In this document: piece by piece, positions 9,498-19,932 of the stretch
How the letters are laid out: every line of letters begins with the position of its first letter
Position numbering within the stretch: the first letter of the stretch is position 1
Source of the DNA: Acidiferrobacterales bacterium
Lineage (GTDB): Bacteria > Pseudomonadota > Gammaproteobacteria > Arenicellales > JAJDZL01
Reading direction: 5' to 3'
Assembly: GCA_028820695.1 (NCBI GenBank)
Contig: JAPPIB010000055.1
Coordinates: forward strand, 64,015 to 128,014
Length of the DNA stretch: 64,000 nucleotides
Translations under genes and position numbers: made by a program
The notes under the pieces: model-generated
Databases searched by the model: none
What the model was told of the DNA's origin: nothing
What the model saw: the letters and a program-made list of their open reading frames with translations, nothing else

Positions 9498-11954
9498 TTA
9501 GATATCCAGATTCTGGACTGACAGTGCCTCGGTCTCGATGAACTCGCGTCTTGGAAGCACATCGTCGCCCATCAGCACCTCAAATGCCCTGTCTGTTCGC
9601 ATGGCGTCTTCGATCCTGACTTTCCGTAGCATACGCTCGCTGGTATCCATCGTAGTCTCTCGCAACTGATCTGCGTTCATTTCGCCGAGTCCCTTGTAGC
9701 GCTGGATGGAAATGCCGTCGCGTGCGTCATCAAGCAGCCAGTCGAGCGCTTTGGAAAAGCTCAAGTTACTGACAGACTTGCCGCCCTTGATGACTTCGAC
9801 CGTGCCTTGCGCATACTTGCTCAACTCTTGCTCGAGTCTGACAATCGACTTGAAGGCTTGTGATCGGATGAATTTGTCGTCAACCCTGAACTCAACTTTG
9901 TCGCCGAGATTCTCCTTGACGATTCGCAACCGGTAACGCTCATGCCCGTTCTTCCCGCCGTCCGACTCGACTTCAACTTCGTAGTGCGCATTGCCATTGA
10001 GTTCCTGCGCCAGATTTTCCCTTAATTCCCGCGCAACCGTATTCACGTAGGATTCATCTTCGAATCTTGCTGCGTCCAGCACTGATGTCTTGCTGATCAC
10101 ACTGAGAACATCGCTGTCAAGCGTTCGTTTCAGTGAATTGAAGGCGTTCCTGGCGGTGACATGAAGCTGACACAGCCGTTCCAGCGCATCGCCGGTCAGG
10201 GACTGTTGGTTCACGTCGTCTGCGCCGCTGAATCGGATTTCGCTGTCGTTGACCGCGACTTCCAGGATGTACCCGTTCAATTCCTGATCGTCGTTAAGGT
10301 ACTTTTCCGTCTTGCGGTATTTCGCCTTGTAAAGCGGTGGTTGGGCGATATACAGATGACCACCCTCGATCAGGGCGGGCATCTTGTTGTAAAAGAACGT
10401 GAGAAGCAAGGTGCGTATATGTGACCCGTCCACATCGGCATCCGTCATGATGATGATTCGGTGATAGCGCAATTTATCGATCTCAAAATCAGGCTGTACA
10501 CCTGTGCCCAATGCGGCAATCAGGGTCTGAATCTCATCGGAGCGCACAATCTTGTCAATCGAGGCTTTCTGGACATTCAGGATTTTCCCCTTCAATGGCA
10601 GAATCGCCTGGAACTTACGATCCCTGGCCTGTTTGGCCGAGCCGCCGGCGGATTCGCCCTCGACAAGGAACAGTTCGCTTTCAGCCGGATCCTTCTCCTG
10701 ACAGTCAGCCAGCTTTCCGGGCAGACTGGTCGACTCAAAGGCGCTCTTGCGGGCCATCGCCTTTTCCTTTTGCGATTTCTCCCGAATGGCTGCCGCGTTG
10801 TTGACCTTCTCGCCGATCAGTTTGGCGATTTTCGGATTCTCTTCCAGGTATTCGGCCAGTTTTTCCGATACGACTGACTGCACTGCACCCTCGACGTTCG
10901 AAGAAACCAGCTTGTCCTTGGTCTGGGAAGAGAACTTCGGATCGTGAAACTTGATCGACAGGATCGCGGTCAGGCCTTCCCGGGTATCTTCCCCGGTCAC
11001 CTTGACCTTCTTGCTGAGCCCGTGATTGTCCATGTATCCCCTGATGGTCCTGGTAACCGCGGTGCGGAATCCGGTGTTGTGGGTACCGCCGTCGCGCTGA
11101 TACACATTGTTGGTGTAGCAACGGATGTTCTCGTTGTAATATTGCTGACACCATTGCAGGGCAGCGCTGACCTGGACTCCATCCTTGTCATCGCTTACCG
11201 AAATCACCGTCTCGTTCAGCGGATGTCGCAAACGATTCATTTCCGAGACAAACTCAACGATACCGCCTTCGTGACACATGACCTGATGCTGGCCGTCACG
11301 TTCATCAATCAGTTCAATCTGTACGCCGGGATTCAGATACGACAGCTCCCTCAGCCGCTCGCGCAGAATATCGAATCGGAATTCGATATCTGAAAACACT
11401 TCGACAGAGGGCAGGAATCGGATTGTGGTGCCTGCAAGTTCGGTTTCACCGATCACTTTCAGCGGCTCCACCGGTACGCCGTCACGAAATTCCTGGAAGT
11501 GAATCTCGCCCTCGCGATGAATGGTCATGGACAGATACTCTGACAGTGCATTGACAACCGACACGCCGACACCGTGCAACCCGCCCGATGTATCGTAGGA
11601 GAGATCGTCAAATTTCGCACCGGCATGCAGGATCGTCATGATGATCGTGGCACCTGGCAAGTCTTCGCCATTCTCGCCCTCGCCCTCCATGATTCCGGTC
11701 GGAATTCCGCGGCCGTTATCAGATACTGAGACTGAGCCGTCGGCGTGCACGGTCGTAATGATCTGATCACAAAATCCCTGTGAGGCCTCGTCGATCGAAT
11801 TATCGACCACTTCCGTTACCATGTGGTGCAGGCCGGTACCGTCATCGGTATCCCCGATATACATGCCCGGCCGGGTGCGCACCGGTTCGAGCCCGCGCAG
11901 TACCTGGATCTTAGTGTGATCGTAGCTGTCGTTCAAAGGTTTGTCTGAAGTCAT
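9498..11954 (-). CDS. gyrB: DNA gyrase subunit B
   Basis: 818-aa ORF with YDHTKIQVLRGLEPVRTRPGMYIGDT, GLHHMV.EVVDNSIDE, the Toprim blocks ELFLVEGESAGGSAKQARDR and IMTDADVDGSHIRTLLLTFF, and the long gamma-type insertion. Confidence 0.97.
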   Translation of the reverse strand: MTSDKPLNDSYDHTKIQVLRGLEPVRTRPGMYIGDTDDGTGLHHMVTEVVDNSIDEASQGFCDQIITTVHADGSVSVSDNGRGIPTGIMEGEGENGEDLPGATIIMTILHAGAKFDDLSYDTSGGLHGVGVSVVNALSEYLSMTIHREGEIHFQEFRDGVPVEPLKVIGETELAGTTIRFLPSVEVFSDIEFRFDILRERLRELSYLNPGVQIELIDERDGQHQVMCHEGGIVEFVSEMNRLRHPLNETVISVSDDKDGVQVSAALQWCQQYYNENIRCYTNNVYQRDGGTHNTGFRTAVTRTIRGYMDNHGLSKKVKVTGEDTREGLTAILSIKFHDPKFSSQTKDKLVSSNVEGAVQSVVSEKLAEYLEENPKIAKLIGEKVNNAAAIREKSQKEKAMARKSAFESTSLPGKLADCQEKDPAESELFLVEGESAGGSAKQARDRKFQAILPLKGKILNVQKASIDKIVRSDEIQTLIAALGTGVQPDFEIDKLRYHRIIIMTDADVDGSHIRTLLLTFFYNKMPALIEGGHLYIAQPPLYKAKYRKTEKYLNDDQELNGYILEVAVNDSEIRFSGADDVNQQSLTGDALERLCQLHVTARNAFNSLKRTLDSDVLSVISKTSVLDAARFEDESYVNTVARELRENLAQELNGNAHYEVEVESDGGKNGHERYRLRIVKENLGDKVEFRVDDKFIRSQAFKSIVRLEQELSKYAQGTVEVIKGGKSVSNLSFSKALDWLLDDARDGISIQRYKGLGEMNADQLRETTMDTSERMLRKVRIEDAMRTDRAFEVLMGDDVLPRREFIETEALSVQNLDI

Positions 11955-12042
11955 CTGGACAGAAACTGATATATTCTAAATATGCATCGGCCTTCGGCTG
12001 GATCGTCGGCCGGATGGGCTGGCCAAAACCAAGCTCTCGGTC

Positions 12043-13233
12043 TTAGCGATCCTTCAACAGCATCACAAGAAAACTTGAGGACTCATTTCCCGGAAATTTG
12101 AGCAGGCATGCTGACTGGGCGTTTTTCAGGTTGAACTCGACTTTGTCGTATTCTTTCATGACCTCGAAAATGTCCAGCAGATACTTGCCGTTGACCTGAA
12201 ACAACAGGGCTTCCCCGTGCTGTTCAATGCCCAGCAGTTCATCGATCTCAGCTTGTGAATTTCGGGATGACTGGGCATGAAGTCTCAAGGTGCCGTCCTC
12301 AACTTTCATGGTTGCCGGCACCTCCGGTCCCAGAATCCCGACAACTCTGCGAAGCGACGCAGTTATGCTTTCCCGGGTGACCTGGAACACACGCGATAGA
12401 TTCGCCGGAATCACACCCCGCCAGTCCGGATAGGTTCCTTCCAGAAGTTTCGAGGTGAACGTGATGTTCGGTGTGCCCGCCCGGACGTGGTTTTCGTTGA
12501 ACTGCAATGTAATCGGCGAGGAAAAGTCGCCGAGCAGCTTGCTCAGGTCCAACACGGTTTTTCGAGGCACAATGGCGCGGTGTGTGCTTTCGTTCAGTCC
12601 GGTCACCACTTCAGTGTGGCACACGGCCATTCTATGGCCATCTGTAGCCACCGTCCGCAACTCGGAATCGGTCATCTCGAAAAGCATTGCGTTGAGGTAG
12701 TAACGCAAATCCTGCGATCCCATCGCGTGCTGGGCGCGCTGTACAATGGTCATCAGGTCGGACCGACTGATCTGAAAGCTGATGTCCCAATTGCCTGTGT
12801 CCAGGATCGGAAACGGGCCGACTGATGAATCCTGCATCATAGTCTGCAGGCTCAGATGGCTGCGACGGCTCTCCACGTCGGAACTTTCAGCGGCTTCGGA
12901 TTCAGAACCGGTAGCGTCGTCCAGCTTGTTGATGTTCACCATCCCGTCTGAAAACTCAAACTTCAATCTGCAGCCTTTCGGTTGCTGCCGACAGAATTCC
13001 TGCACGGTCAGTCCGAGAAAAGCGACTTTTCCGGACTCGGTCACCTCTACATCGCGTACGTGCTCACTGATCTCGATCTCAATATTGGAACCCGTCAGCT
13101 GGAACCCGTTTTTATCTTCATCAACAGTCAGTAGAATATTGGCAATAATCGGAATGGTGGGGTTGCGATCAACAACGGTGTTGACTCGGGTCAGCGGATT
13201 GAGAATCTGATCTCGTTCAACAATAAAGTGCAT
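12043..13233 (-). CDS. dnaN: DNA polymerase III beta sliding clamp
   Basis: MHFIVERDQILNPL...PIIANILL, RYYLNAMLFE, ATDGHRMA and LLEGTYPDW are collinear with DnaN. At 396 aa it carries an acidic loop insertion (see findings). Confidence 0.93.
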   Translation of the reverse strand: MHFIVERDQILNPLTRVNTVVDRNPTIPIIANILLTVDEDKNGFQLTGSNIEIEISEHVRDVEVTESGKVAFLGLTVQEFCRQQPKGCRLKFEFSDGMVNINKLDDATGSESEAAESSDVESRRSHLSLQTMMQDSSVGPFPILDTGNWDISFQISRSDLMTIVQRAQHAMGSQDLRYYLNAMLFEMTDSELRTVATDGHRMAVCHTEVVTGLNESTHRAIVPRKTVLDLSKLLGDFSSPITLQFNENHVRAGTPNITFTSKLLEGTYPDWRGVIPANLSRVFQVTRESITASLRRVVGILGPEVPATMKVEDGTLRLHAQSSRNSQAEIDELLGIEQHGEALLFQVNGKYLLDIFEVMKEYDKVEFNLKNAQSACLLKFPGNESSSFLVMLLKDR

Positions 13234-13271
13234 AAAACTTCTAAAGGAATTAATTATGTTTTTGTTAGGCT

Positions 13272-13434
13272 TGTGTATAAGCGGAACAAGTGAAACTCAG
13301 CCAACACAATCATACAGTTAGGTCGACTGATGCCTGTTCAGAACTTTCTGAAAAAAGGTTGGGAAAATGTGTATCGACAAACCTGTTTTTCGGTTTTTGA
13401 AGAACCTCGAAAACTTATGCACACATTATACACT
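13272..13434. promoter_or_regulatory. Cluster of DnaA-box-like 9-mers in the dnaA-dnaN intergenic region (candidate oriC part or dnaN control region)
   Basis: Against the consensus TTATCCACA I see four 9-mers. TGTGTATAA at 13272-13280 (reverse complement TTATACACA) scores 8/9. TGTGTATCG at 13368-13376 scores 6/9. TTATGCACA at 13415-13423 scores 8/9. TTATACACT at 13426-13434 scores 7/9. The surrounding 252-bp spacer is AT-rich. Confidence 0.45.
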
Positions 13435-13485
13435 GAAATACGTACAGACCGCTGTCAAAAAAATCGTCGATGGTGGCTGAACAGG

Positions 13486-14856
13486 TCAGGACGACAGGAT
13501 GTCTTTCAGGGTGTTGAACTCGGTCTTGAATTCGCTGTCTTTCTCCAGCAGGGTGTCGATTTTCTTGCTTGCGTGAACCACTGTTGTGTGGTTCTTGCCG
13601 CCGATCTCCCTGGCAATTCGGGGAAGGCTGTGGGTTGTCAGGTTTCTCGACAGGACCATGGCGACATGCCGGGCCCGCGCAATGTTCGCCTTGCGGCTGT
13701 TTGAAAGAATGTCGTCCACCCGGATTCGGTAAAACCGGGCAACTTCCCGCACGATCGTCGGGATGTCGATGGGGCGAGCATTGAACTCGAGCATGTCATA
13801 AAGGACTTGCTTGACGACGGTGATGGTGATTCCCTTGTTGGTGAATCGGTGACTGGCGATCAGCTGGTTGAGTGCGCCTTCAAGTTCGCGCACACTGCCG
13901 TAAATCTTCTCGGCGACAAACCTTGACACTTCCGGATCCAGTTCCACGCCGCGTCTTTCGGCCTTGGATTCCAGGATGGCGATGCGGGTCTCGAGCTCCG
14001 GCGGCTTGACCCGGATCGCGATACCCTGTCCAAGCCTGGACTTGAGCCGGTCCTCCACACTCTGGATCTCCTTGAAAAACCGGTCGCTCGTGATGATGAT
14101 CTGCTTGTTTCCTTCCAGCAATGCGTTGAAGGTATGCAGGAATTCCTGCTGCGAGACATCCGCGCCGGCAAAGTGATGAATATCGTCAATCAGCAGGACA
14201 TCAAGATCGTGGTAGAAATTCTTGAACCGCTCAATGCTCTCGCTGTCCTTTCTTTTCATCAGTGTGACCAGATGACGCACAAAGTTGTTGGCCCGAACGT
14301 AGCGTGTCTGCTTGTCCGGGAATCGCCGCATCAGTTCGTGTCCGGCGGCCTGCATCAGATGTGTTTTTCCGTTCCCGACATCCCCATAGATGAAAAGCGG
14401 GTTGTGGTCACGCAGCCCCGGTTCCTCAGCTGCTCTTTGTGCCATGTATCGCGCCAGCTGATTGGACTCTCCCACCACGTGCTGGTCGAAGGTGTATTCT
14501 GCGGTAAGTTTTTCGAATCCAAACGGTTGTCTGTGGCTCGTTGCCGCCGTATGGCGGCTGCTTGAATTGGATTTACGACTGAACGAGTCTTTTTCGGCAA
14601 TGACCGCGGAATTTGACGCCATGCCGATCTTGACTGAAATATCGTACTTCTGGCCGGTGAGAAACTCAGCGATTTCGGCAATTTTCGGAAGGTAGTTTGA
14701 TTCGATTTTCCGTTTGGTAAAGCGGTTCGGTGCGTTCAGTACAAGGGAAGTGCCCGACTCTACCGCGCTCAGGGAGCGCAGCCAAGCCGTCACTTCGGCC
14801 TCATTGTGATCCTGCTCTAAACGAGAAAGAGTTTGTTTCCATAGAGTAGAAGGCAT
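13486..14856 (-). CDS. dnaA: Chromosomal replication initiator protein DnaA
   Basis: It has the N-terminus LWKQTLSRLE, AAA+ Walker A NPLFIYGDVGNGKTHL, Walker B LLIDDIHHF, sensor SVRELEGAL and the C-terminal DNA-binding block RHVAMVLSRNLT..SLPRIAREIGGKNHTTVVHA. Confidence 0.97.
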   Translation of the reverse strand: MPSTLWKQTLSRLEQDHNEAEVTAWLRSLSAVESGTSLVLNAPNRFTKRKIESNYLPKIAEIAEFLTGQKYDISVKIGMASNSAVIAEKDSFSRKSNSSSRHTAATSHRQPFGFEKLTAEYTFDQHVVGESNQLARYMAQRAAEEPGLRDHNPLFIYGDVGNGKTHLMQAAGHELMRRFPDKQTRYVRANNFVRHLVTLMKRKDSESIERFKNFYHDLDVLLIDDIHHFAGADVSQQEFLHTFNALLEGNKQIIITSDRFFKEIQSVEDRLKSRLGQGIAIRVKPPELETRIAILESKAERRGVELDPEVSRFVAEKIYGSVRELEGALNQLIASHRFTNKGITITVVKQVLYDMLEFNARPIDIPTIVREVARFYRIRVDDILSNSRKANIARARHVAMVLSRNLTTHSLPRIAREIGGKNHTTVVHASKKIDTLLEKDSEFKTEFNTLKDILSS

Positions 14857-15389
14857 AACTTTCAGACCATTTCTAATTCTTTAATTCGGTTCGAAAGGCA
14901 ACTTTTGTTGCACGAAAATCCGGTGCTTTGGCACTCGGGTCGAGTGTGATGCTCGTTAGTCGATTGTAACGCACAGTTCGGGCAGTCTGTCAACATTTTT
15001 GAGTGCGATTTTTCATGCTGTTGCTAACAGATTGATTTTATAAGCCGTTCGAATTTTCGATCCCCGATCCCCGGCGTGATTCCATGAATGTGATGGACGA
15101 AAAGTTTGATTGAAAGTCAATCCGAGGGTAGTTTTCAGGTAGTTTGACAGCAATTCTATGCGAGCTTAAGTGATTGATTCGGAACACGAAAACACAAGAT
15201 AATTGGACGATTCTGATTCATCCATGCCGGTTTGATCACAAACAATCCTCACCGCCGGGACCAGAAGCGGACCGCATGAGCAATCAGGCAACCTGTTATG
15301 TTGGTATACTGTCTGAATTCAATGCGGGTCGGGTTCAGTTCAATATAATCGACCGAAAAGCCATCAGACTGAATAACGGAGGGTGAATT

Positions 15390-16499
15390 TTGCAGACGAA
15401 CGCTGCGGTAGCCTATGAAGCAGGCAAACCACTTGAAATTGAGACGATAAATCTTGACGGCCCCAAGGCCGGAGAGGTCATGGTGGAGATCAAGGCCACC
15501 GGCATTTGCCATACCGATGAATTCACACTGTCCGGTGCAGATCCCGAAGGACTGTTTCCGGCGGTACTGGGTCATGAAGGCGCAGGTGTGGTGGTTGAGG
15601 TGGGTGAAGGAGTGACCAGCGTAAAGGTTGGTGATCATGTCATTCCCCTATACACGCCCGAGTGCCGGCAATGTGAGTACTGTACCAGCGGGAAGACCAA
15701 CCTGTGCCAGGCGATTCGGGAAACACAGGGTCAGGGCCTCATGCCTGATGGATCCAGCCGATTTTCACTGGGCGGCAAGCCTCTGTTTCACTATATGGGA
15801 ACATCAACATTTTCGAATTACACGGTCGTACCTGAAATCGCGGTTGCGAAAATTCGCGAGGATGCACCGTTCGACAAGGTGTGTTACATCGGTTGCGGCG
15901 TGACCACCGGAATCGGTGCGGTCATGAATACCGCCAAGGTACAACCGGGCGATAATGTGGTCGTGTTTGGTCTTGGCGGAATCGGTCTTAACGTTGTCCA
16001 GGGCGCGCGGATTGCCGGTGCTGACATGATTATCGGGGTGGACATCAATCCGGCACGCGAAGTCCTTGCGGAAAGTTTCGGGATGACCCATTTCGTCAAT
16101 CCGAATGAGGTTGAAGGCGACATTGTGCCGTATCTGGTGTCACTGACAGGCGGCGGCGCTGACTTCAGTTTTGAGTGTGTCGGGAGCGTTGAGCTGATGC
16201 GGCAAGCGCTCGAATGCTGTCATAAAGGCTGGGGTGAGAGTATCATCATCGGTGTTGCCGGCGCGGGTCAGGAAATCAGCACGCGACCATTTCAGCTTGT
16301 CACCGGCCGGGTCTGGCGCGGCACTGCGTTTGGTGGTGCCAAGGGTCGGACCGATGTTCCCAGGATAGTCGATTGGTATATGGATGGAAAGATCAACATT
16401 GATGATCTGATCACCCACAAGATGCCCTTGAACAAGATCAATGATGCGTTTGATCTGATGCATGCGGGCAAGTCCATCCGCAGCGTCGTCGAGTTCTAG
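15390..16499 (+). CDS. frmA: S-(hydroxymethyl)glutathione dehydrogenase / class III alcohol dehydrogenase
   Basis: TTG start 6 nt after GGAGGG (15378-15383). It shows [56 protein letters not shown] and the GLGGIGL Rossmann motif. Confidence 0.92.
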   Translation: MQTNAAVAYEAGKPLEIETINLDGPKAGEVMVEIKATGICHTDEFTLSGADPEGLFPAVLGHEGAGVVVEVGEGVTSVKVGDHVIPLYTPECRQCEYCTSGKTNLCQAIRETQGQGLMPDGSSRFSLGGKPLFHYMGTSTFSNYTVVPEIAVAKIREDAPFDKVCYIGCGVTTGIGAVMNTAKVQPGDNVVVFGLGGIGLNVVQGARIAGADMIIGVDINPAREVLAESFGMTHFVNPNEVEGDIVPYLVSLTGGGADFSFECVGSVELMRQALECCHKGWGESIIIGVAGAGQEISTRPFQLVTGRVWRGTAFGGAKGRTDVPRIVDWYMDGKINIDDLITHKMPLNKINDAFDLMHAGKSIRSVVEF

Positions 16500-16509
16500 C
16501 AGTTTCGTC

Positions 16510-17337
16510 ATGGAAGTTGTCAGCGAGCACCGCTGTTTCGGCGGTGTGCAGGGCATTTATCGCCACCAGTCCCGGCATACCCGGACCCCGATGCAATTTT
16601 CGGTGTTTGTATCCTCATCAGCCGGGCGGGGGAAACTTCCTGTTTTGTGGTTCCTGTCCGGACTGACATGTACCGAAGAGAATTTTACGGTCAAGTCAGG
16701 TGCACAGAAATTTGCCGAGGAGCATGGAATGATTATTGTGGCCCCTGACACCAGTCCGAGAGGTGCCGGTATTGAGAGCGAGGATGACGACTTCGGCTCG
16801 GGAGCCGGTTTTTACGTGGATGCCACCCAGGCGCCCTGGAGTGATCACTACCGGATGTATTCGTATATCACCGAGGAACTCCAATATACAGTTTGCGAAC
16901 GATTTCCTGTCGATTCGTCAAGACAGGGAATTACCGGGCATTCGATGGGCGGGCATGGTGCATTGACCATCGGTTTGAGAAATCCGCAGCTTTTCCGATC
17001 GATTTCCGCCTTCTCACCGATCTGTTCGCCGACTCGATGTCCGTGGGGCCAAAAAGCGCTGAGCGGGTATCTTGGTGATGACAGCAGCGCCTGGGCTCAA
17101 TACGATGCAGTGGAATTGATCGGCAACGGTCACCGAAGCGGTAAGATTCTTGTTGATCAGGGAGATGCTGACAATTTTCTCACCGATCAGCTCAAACCGG
17201 AACTGCTGTCGTCCATTTGCAATGATAATGGCCAACCTCTCGAATTGCGCATGCAGCCGGGCTATGATCACAGCTATTATTTCATCTCCAGTTTCATTGC
17301 CGACCACATTGCGTTCCACGCTTCGAATCTGAAGTAG
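16510..17337 (+). CDS. fghA: S-formylglutathione hydrolase (esterase D)
   Basis: It shows HRCFGG.QG.YRH.S, LPVLWFLSGLTCTEENF and the catalytic GHSMGGHGAL, ending in QPGYDHSYYFI. It sits directly downstream of frmA. I chose the internal ATG at 16510. Confidence 0.9.
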   Translation: MEVVSEHRCFGGVQGIYRHQSRHTRTPMQFSVFVSSSAGRGKLPVLWFLSGLTCTEENFTVKSGAQKFAEEHGMIIVAPDTSPRGAGIESEDDDFGSGAGFYVDATQAPWSDHYRMYSYITEELQYTVCERFPVDSSRQGITGHSMGGHGALTIGLRNPQLFRSISAFSPICSPTRCPWGQKALSGYLGDDSSAWAQYDAVELIGNGHRSGKILVDQGDADNFLTDQLKPELLSSICNDNGQPLELRMQPGYDHSYYFISSFIADHIAFHASNLK

Positions 17338-17494
17338 ACTGACCTGCCCCTGCCGTCGGCGGCTGGAAATTTTAAGTCCGTTTGGTACTGGATTGCTATA
17401 ATTTGGCAGTTGCAATCCATTCCAGGGAACACGGATTGCGTTGTCGAAACATCCGGACAGCACAATTGAAAACAGAATATCGTGGTTTGAAATT

Positions 17495-17629
17495 ATGAAA
17501 CGTACCTTTCAACCGAGCAATTTGAAGAGAAAACGCAAACACGGGTTTCGTGCCCGCATGCGAACCCGTGGCGGTCGGGCCGTGATCAATGCACGACGAG
17601 CGAAAGGCCGCTCAAGGCTCAGTGCATGA
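17495..17629 (+). CDS. rpmH: 50S ribosomal protein L34
   Basis: [44 protein letters not shown] is a canonical 44-aa L34. Confidence 0.96.
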   Translation: MKRTFQPSNLKRKRKHGFRARMRTRGGRAVINARRAKGRSRLSA

Positions 17630-17990
17630 AAAACACCCGACACCGAGAGAACATTGCTTTCCAGGAAGCCTCCGAATAAAGCGGCGTGCTGATTATCGGA
17701 CGGTTTTCGACAACAACAGGCAGTATTCAAACCGGTATTTTCGGGTTCTGGTGCACGGCGGAACCAACCGAACAGGCCCACGTCTGGGGGTTGTTGTTTC
17801 GCGCCGGGTATCGAAAAAGTCAGTTGAGCGAAATCGAATCAAGCGTCAGATCCGTGAGTGTTTCCGAACCCATCGGCACAATCTGATCGATCGCGACATG
17901 GTGATCATTGCGCACCGTGCCTGTGAATCAGCTCCGAATTCTGAATTGCGAAACAGACTGATCAAACTATTCAAACAGTTGGAAAATTGA
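17622..17990 (+). CDS. rnpA: RNase P protein component
   Basis: It lies immediately after rpm[14 protein letters not shown] and [21 protein letters not shown] form the RnpA RNR motif. The start is ambiguous: GTG at 17622 (overlapping the rpmH stop) or ATG at 17589. Confidence 0.85.
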   Translation: MHEKHPTPREHCFPGSLRIKRRADYRTVFDNNRQYSNRYFRVLVHGGTNRTGPRLGVVVSRRVSKKSVERNRIKRQIRECFRTHRHNLIDRDMVIIAHRACESAPNSELRNRLIKLFKQLEN

Positions 17991-18214
17991 GAAGAATCTT
18001 TATTCTGGCCATCCGTGGCTACCAATATCTAATCAGCCCGCTGTTCGGTCCGTGCTGCCGATTTCACCCGACATGCTCCAGCTATGCGGTCGAGGCGATC
18101 AGTCAACACGGCGCGATGAAAGGTTCGTTCCTCGCGATCTGTCGGATCGGCCGATGCCATCCCTGGCATCCAGGCGGATTTGACCCGGTACCGCAAGCCG
18201 GCAAGGAGCAGTGA
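17987..18214 (+). CDS. yidD: Membrane protein insertion efficiency factor YidD
   Basis: [36 protein letters not shown] and [14 protein letters not shown] match YidD. The start is a TTGA overlap with the rnpA stop. Confidence 0.9.
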   Translation: MRRIFILAIRGYQYLISPLFGPCCRFHPTCSSYAVEAISQHGAMKGSFLAICRIGRCHPWHPGGFDPVPQAGKEQ

Positions 18215-19932
18215 TGGACTTTCGGCGTGCACTTTTGGCCATTTCGCTCGGGCTGATCCTGATGCTGATCTGGCAGGCGTGGCTGAATTTTCAGGACGAA
18301 AAGGCGCGGGTTGCGCAGGTTACCCAAACCGACGCGGCTCCGGGTGTTCCGACATCACCCTCCTCGACAGACCAGCCCCAGAGTGCCGCAACCGGTGAGG
18401 TTTCCGATGCGCCTGCCGTTCCATCCGCACCTTCGGCACCTGTACCGGCGGTTGGAGGTTCAGCCGAGAGTTCTGCGCTGGAATCAACACAACGGATCAA
18501 GATTCTGACTGATCTCCTGAAAGTTGAGATTGATACCTATGGCGGTGAGATACGGGAAGCGAAGCTGCCCGAATACCCAGTTGAGGTTGATATGCCGGAT
18601 GTGCCGTTCAGGTTGCTGACGGATACCGGTCCCGGAATCCTGGTTGCGCAGTCAGGCCTGGTCGGAACGGGTGGTGCATTTCCAAATCACAAGACAGAAT
18701 TTACCGCCGAGGCGCAGTCCTATGTACTGTCTGATTCGGACAGTTCGCTTGAGGTGCCATTGCGCTGGACATCTCCTGAAGGCGTCAACTATTTGAAAAC
18801 CTTCACATTCTATCGGGACAGCTATCTCATTGATGTTGAATTCACCGTCGACAACCAAAGCGGAAGTCGATTGGAAGCCTATCAATATGGACAATATCTG
18901 AGCACCGAGTATGTCGAGGAGTCCGAGGGATTCCTGTTTTTCAAGGCTTTGCCAAGCTACAAGGGAGCGGCGCTTTATACGCCTGAGAACAAATACGATA
19001 AGATCGACTACAAGGAAATTCGAAATGACAGTCCGGCGTTTGAGACGGAATCCGGATGGGTGGCAATGCTGCAGCATTACTTCATGACCGCGTGGCTGCC
19101 TTACGAAAACGCACCATATGAGTTCTATACCAGGCCGCTTCGTGATGCCAGCGGAGAGACACGCTATCTCGCCGGCTACGTCGCCCGAACCCCGACTGTA
19201 GTCGAGAACAACTCGGTCGCATCACTGCGAACCCAGATTTATGTGGGGCCAAAGGAGCAGGACCGGATCAAGGATCCCTCAGAAGGTCTGATCCTGACGG
19301 TAGATTATGGCTGGCTGACGCCAGTATCCTCGCCTCTATTCTGGGTGTTGCAGAAAATCAATGATGTCGTGAAAAACTGGGGATGGTCAATCATTCTTCT
19401 GACACTGTTGGTGAAAATTGTGTTCTATCCGCTGTCGGCTGCCAGTTACAAGTCGATGGCCAAAATGAAAAAACTTCAGCCGAGGCTCAAGACCCTGAAG
19501 GAGCGATATGGTGATGACAAGCAGAAACTGAATCAGGAGATGATGCAGATCTATAAGAAAGATAAGATCAATCCGCTCGGTGGCTGTCTTCCAATATTGA
19601 TTCAAATACCTGTTTTCATTGCGCTTTACTGGGTCTTGCTTGAGAGTGTCGAGTTGCGCCAGGCGCCGTTCATCTTCTGGCTTAACGACCTGTCTCGAGC
19701 CGATCCGTTCTACGTGTTGCCGGTATTGATGGGCGCATCAATGTTTGCACAGCAATTTCTGAATCCAACTCCATTGGACTCGCTGCAGAAAAACATCATG
19801 ATGAGCCTGCCGATCGTGTTTACATTTTTCTTCTTGTGGTTCCCGTCCGGCCTTGTGCTCTACTGGCTCGTCAATAATGTACTCTCAATTGCGCAGCAGT
19901 GGTACATCACCAAAAAGTTGGCGGCGATCTGA
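18211..19932 (+). CDS. yidC: Membrane protein insertase YidC
   Basis: 573 aa with an N-terminal TM, a large periplasmic domain and the conserved C-terminal core [52 protein letters not shown]. Confidence 0.95.
   Translation: MMDFRRALLAISLGLILMLIWQAWLNFQDEKARVAQVTQTDAAPGVPTSPSSTDQPQSAATGEVSDAPAVPSAPSAPVPAVGGSAESSALESTQRIKILTDLLKVEIDTYGGEIREAKLPEYPVEVDMPDVPFRLLTDTGPGILVAQSGLVGTGGAFPNHKTEFTAEAQSYVLSDSDSSLEVPLRWTSPEGVNYLKTFTFYRDSYLIDVEFTVDNQSGSRLEAYQYGQYLSTEYVEESEGFLFFKALPSYKGAALYTPENKYDKIDYKEIRNDSPAFETESGWVAMLQHYFMTAWLPYENAPYEFYTRPLRDASGETRYLAGYVARTPTVVENNSVASLRTQIYVGPKEQDRIKDPSEGLILTVDYGWLTPVSSPLFWVLQKINDVVKNWGWSIILLTLLVKIVFYPLSAASYKSMAKMKKLQPRLKTLKERYGDDKQKLNQEMMQIYKKDKINPLGGCLPILIQIPVFIALYWVLLESVELRQAPFIFWLNDLSRADPFYVLPVLMGASMFAQQFLNPTPLDSLQKNIMMSLPIVFTFFFLWFPSGLVLYWLVNNVLSIAQQWYITKKLAAI

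Noticed and set aside
14857-15389. The region upstream of dnaA as the replication origin.
   Set aside because: It is AT-rich with a few GATC sites. The best DnaA-box-like 9-mers I could find (for example TTGATCACA) match only about 6/9, so the evidence is too weak to call as a feature. A computational scan is still needed.
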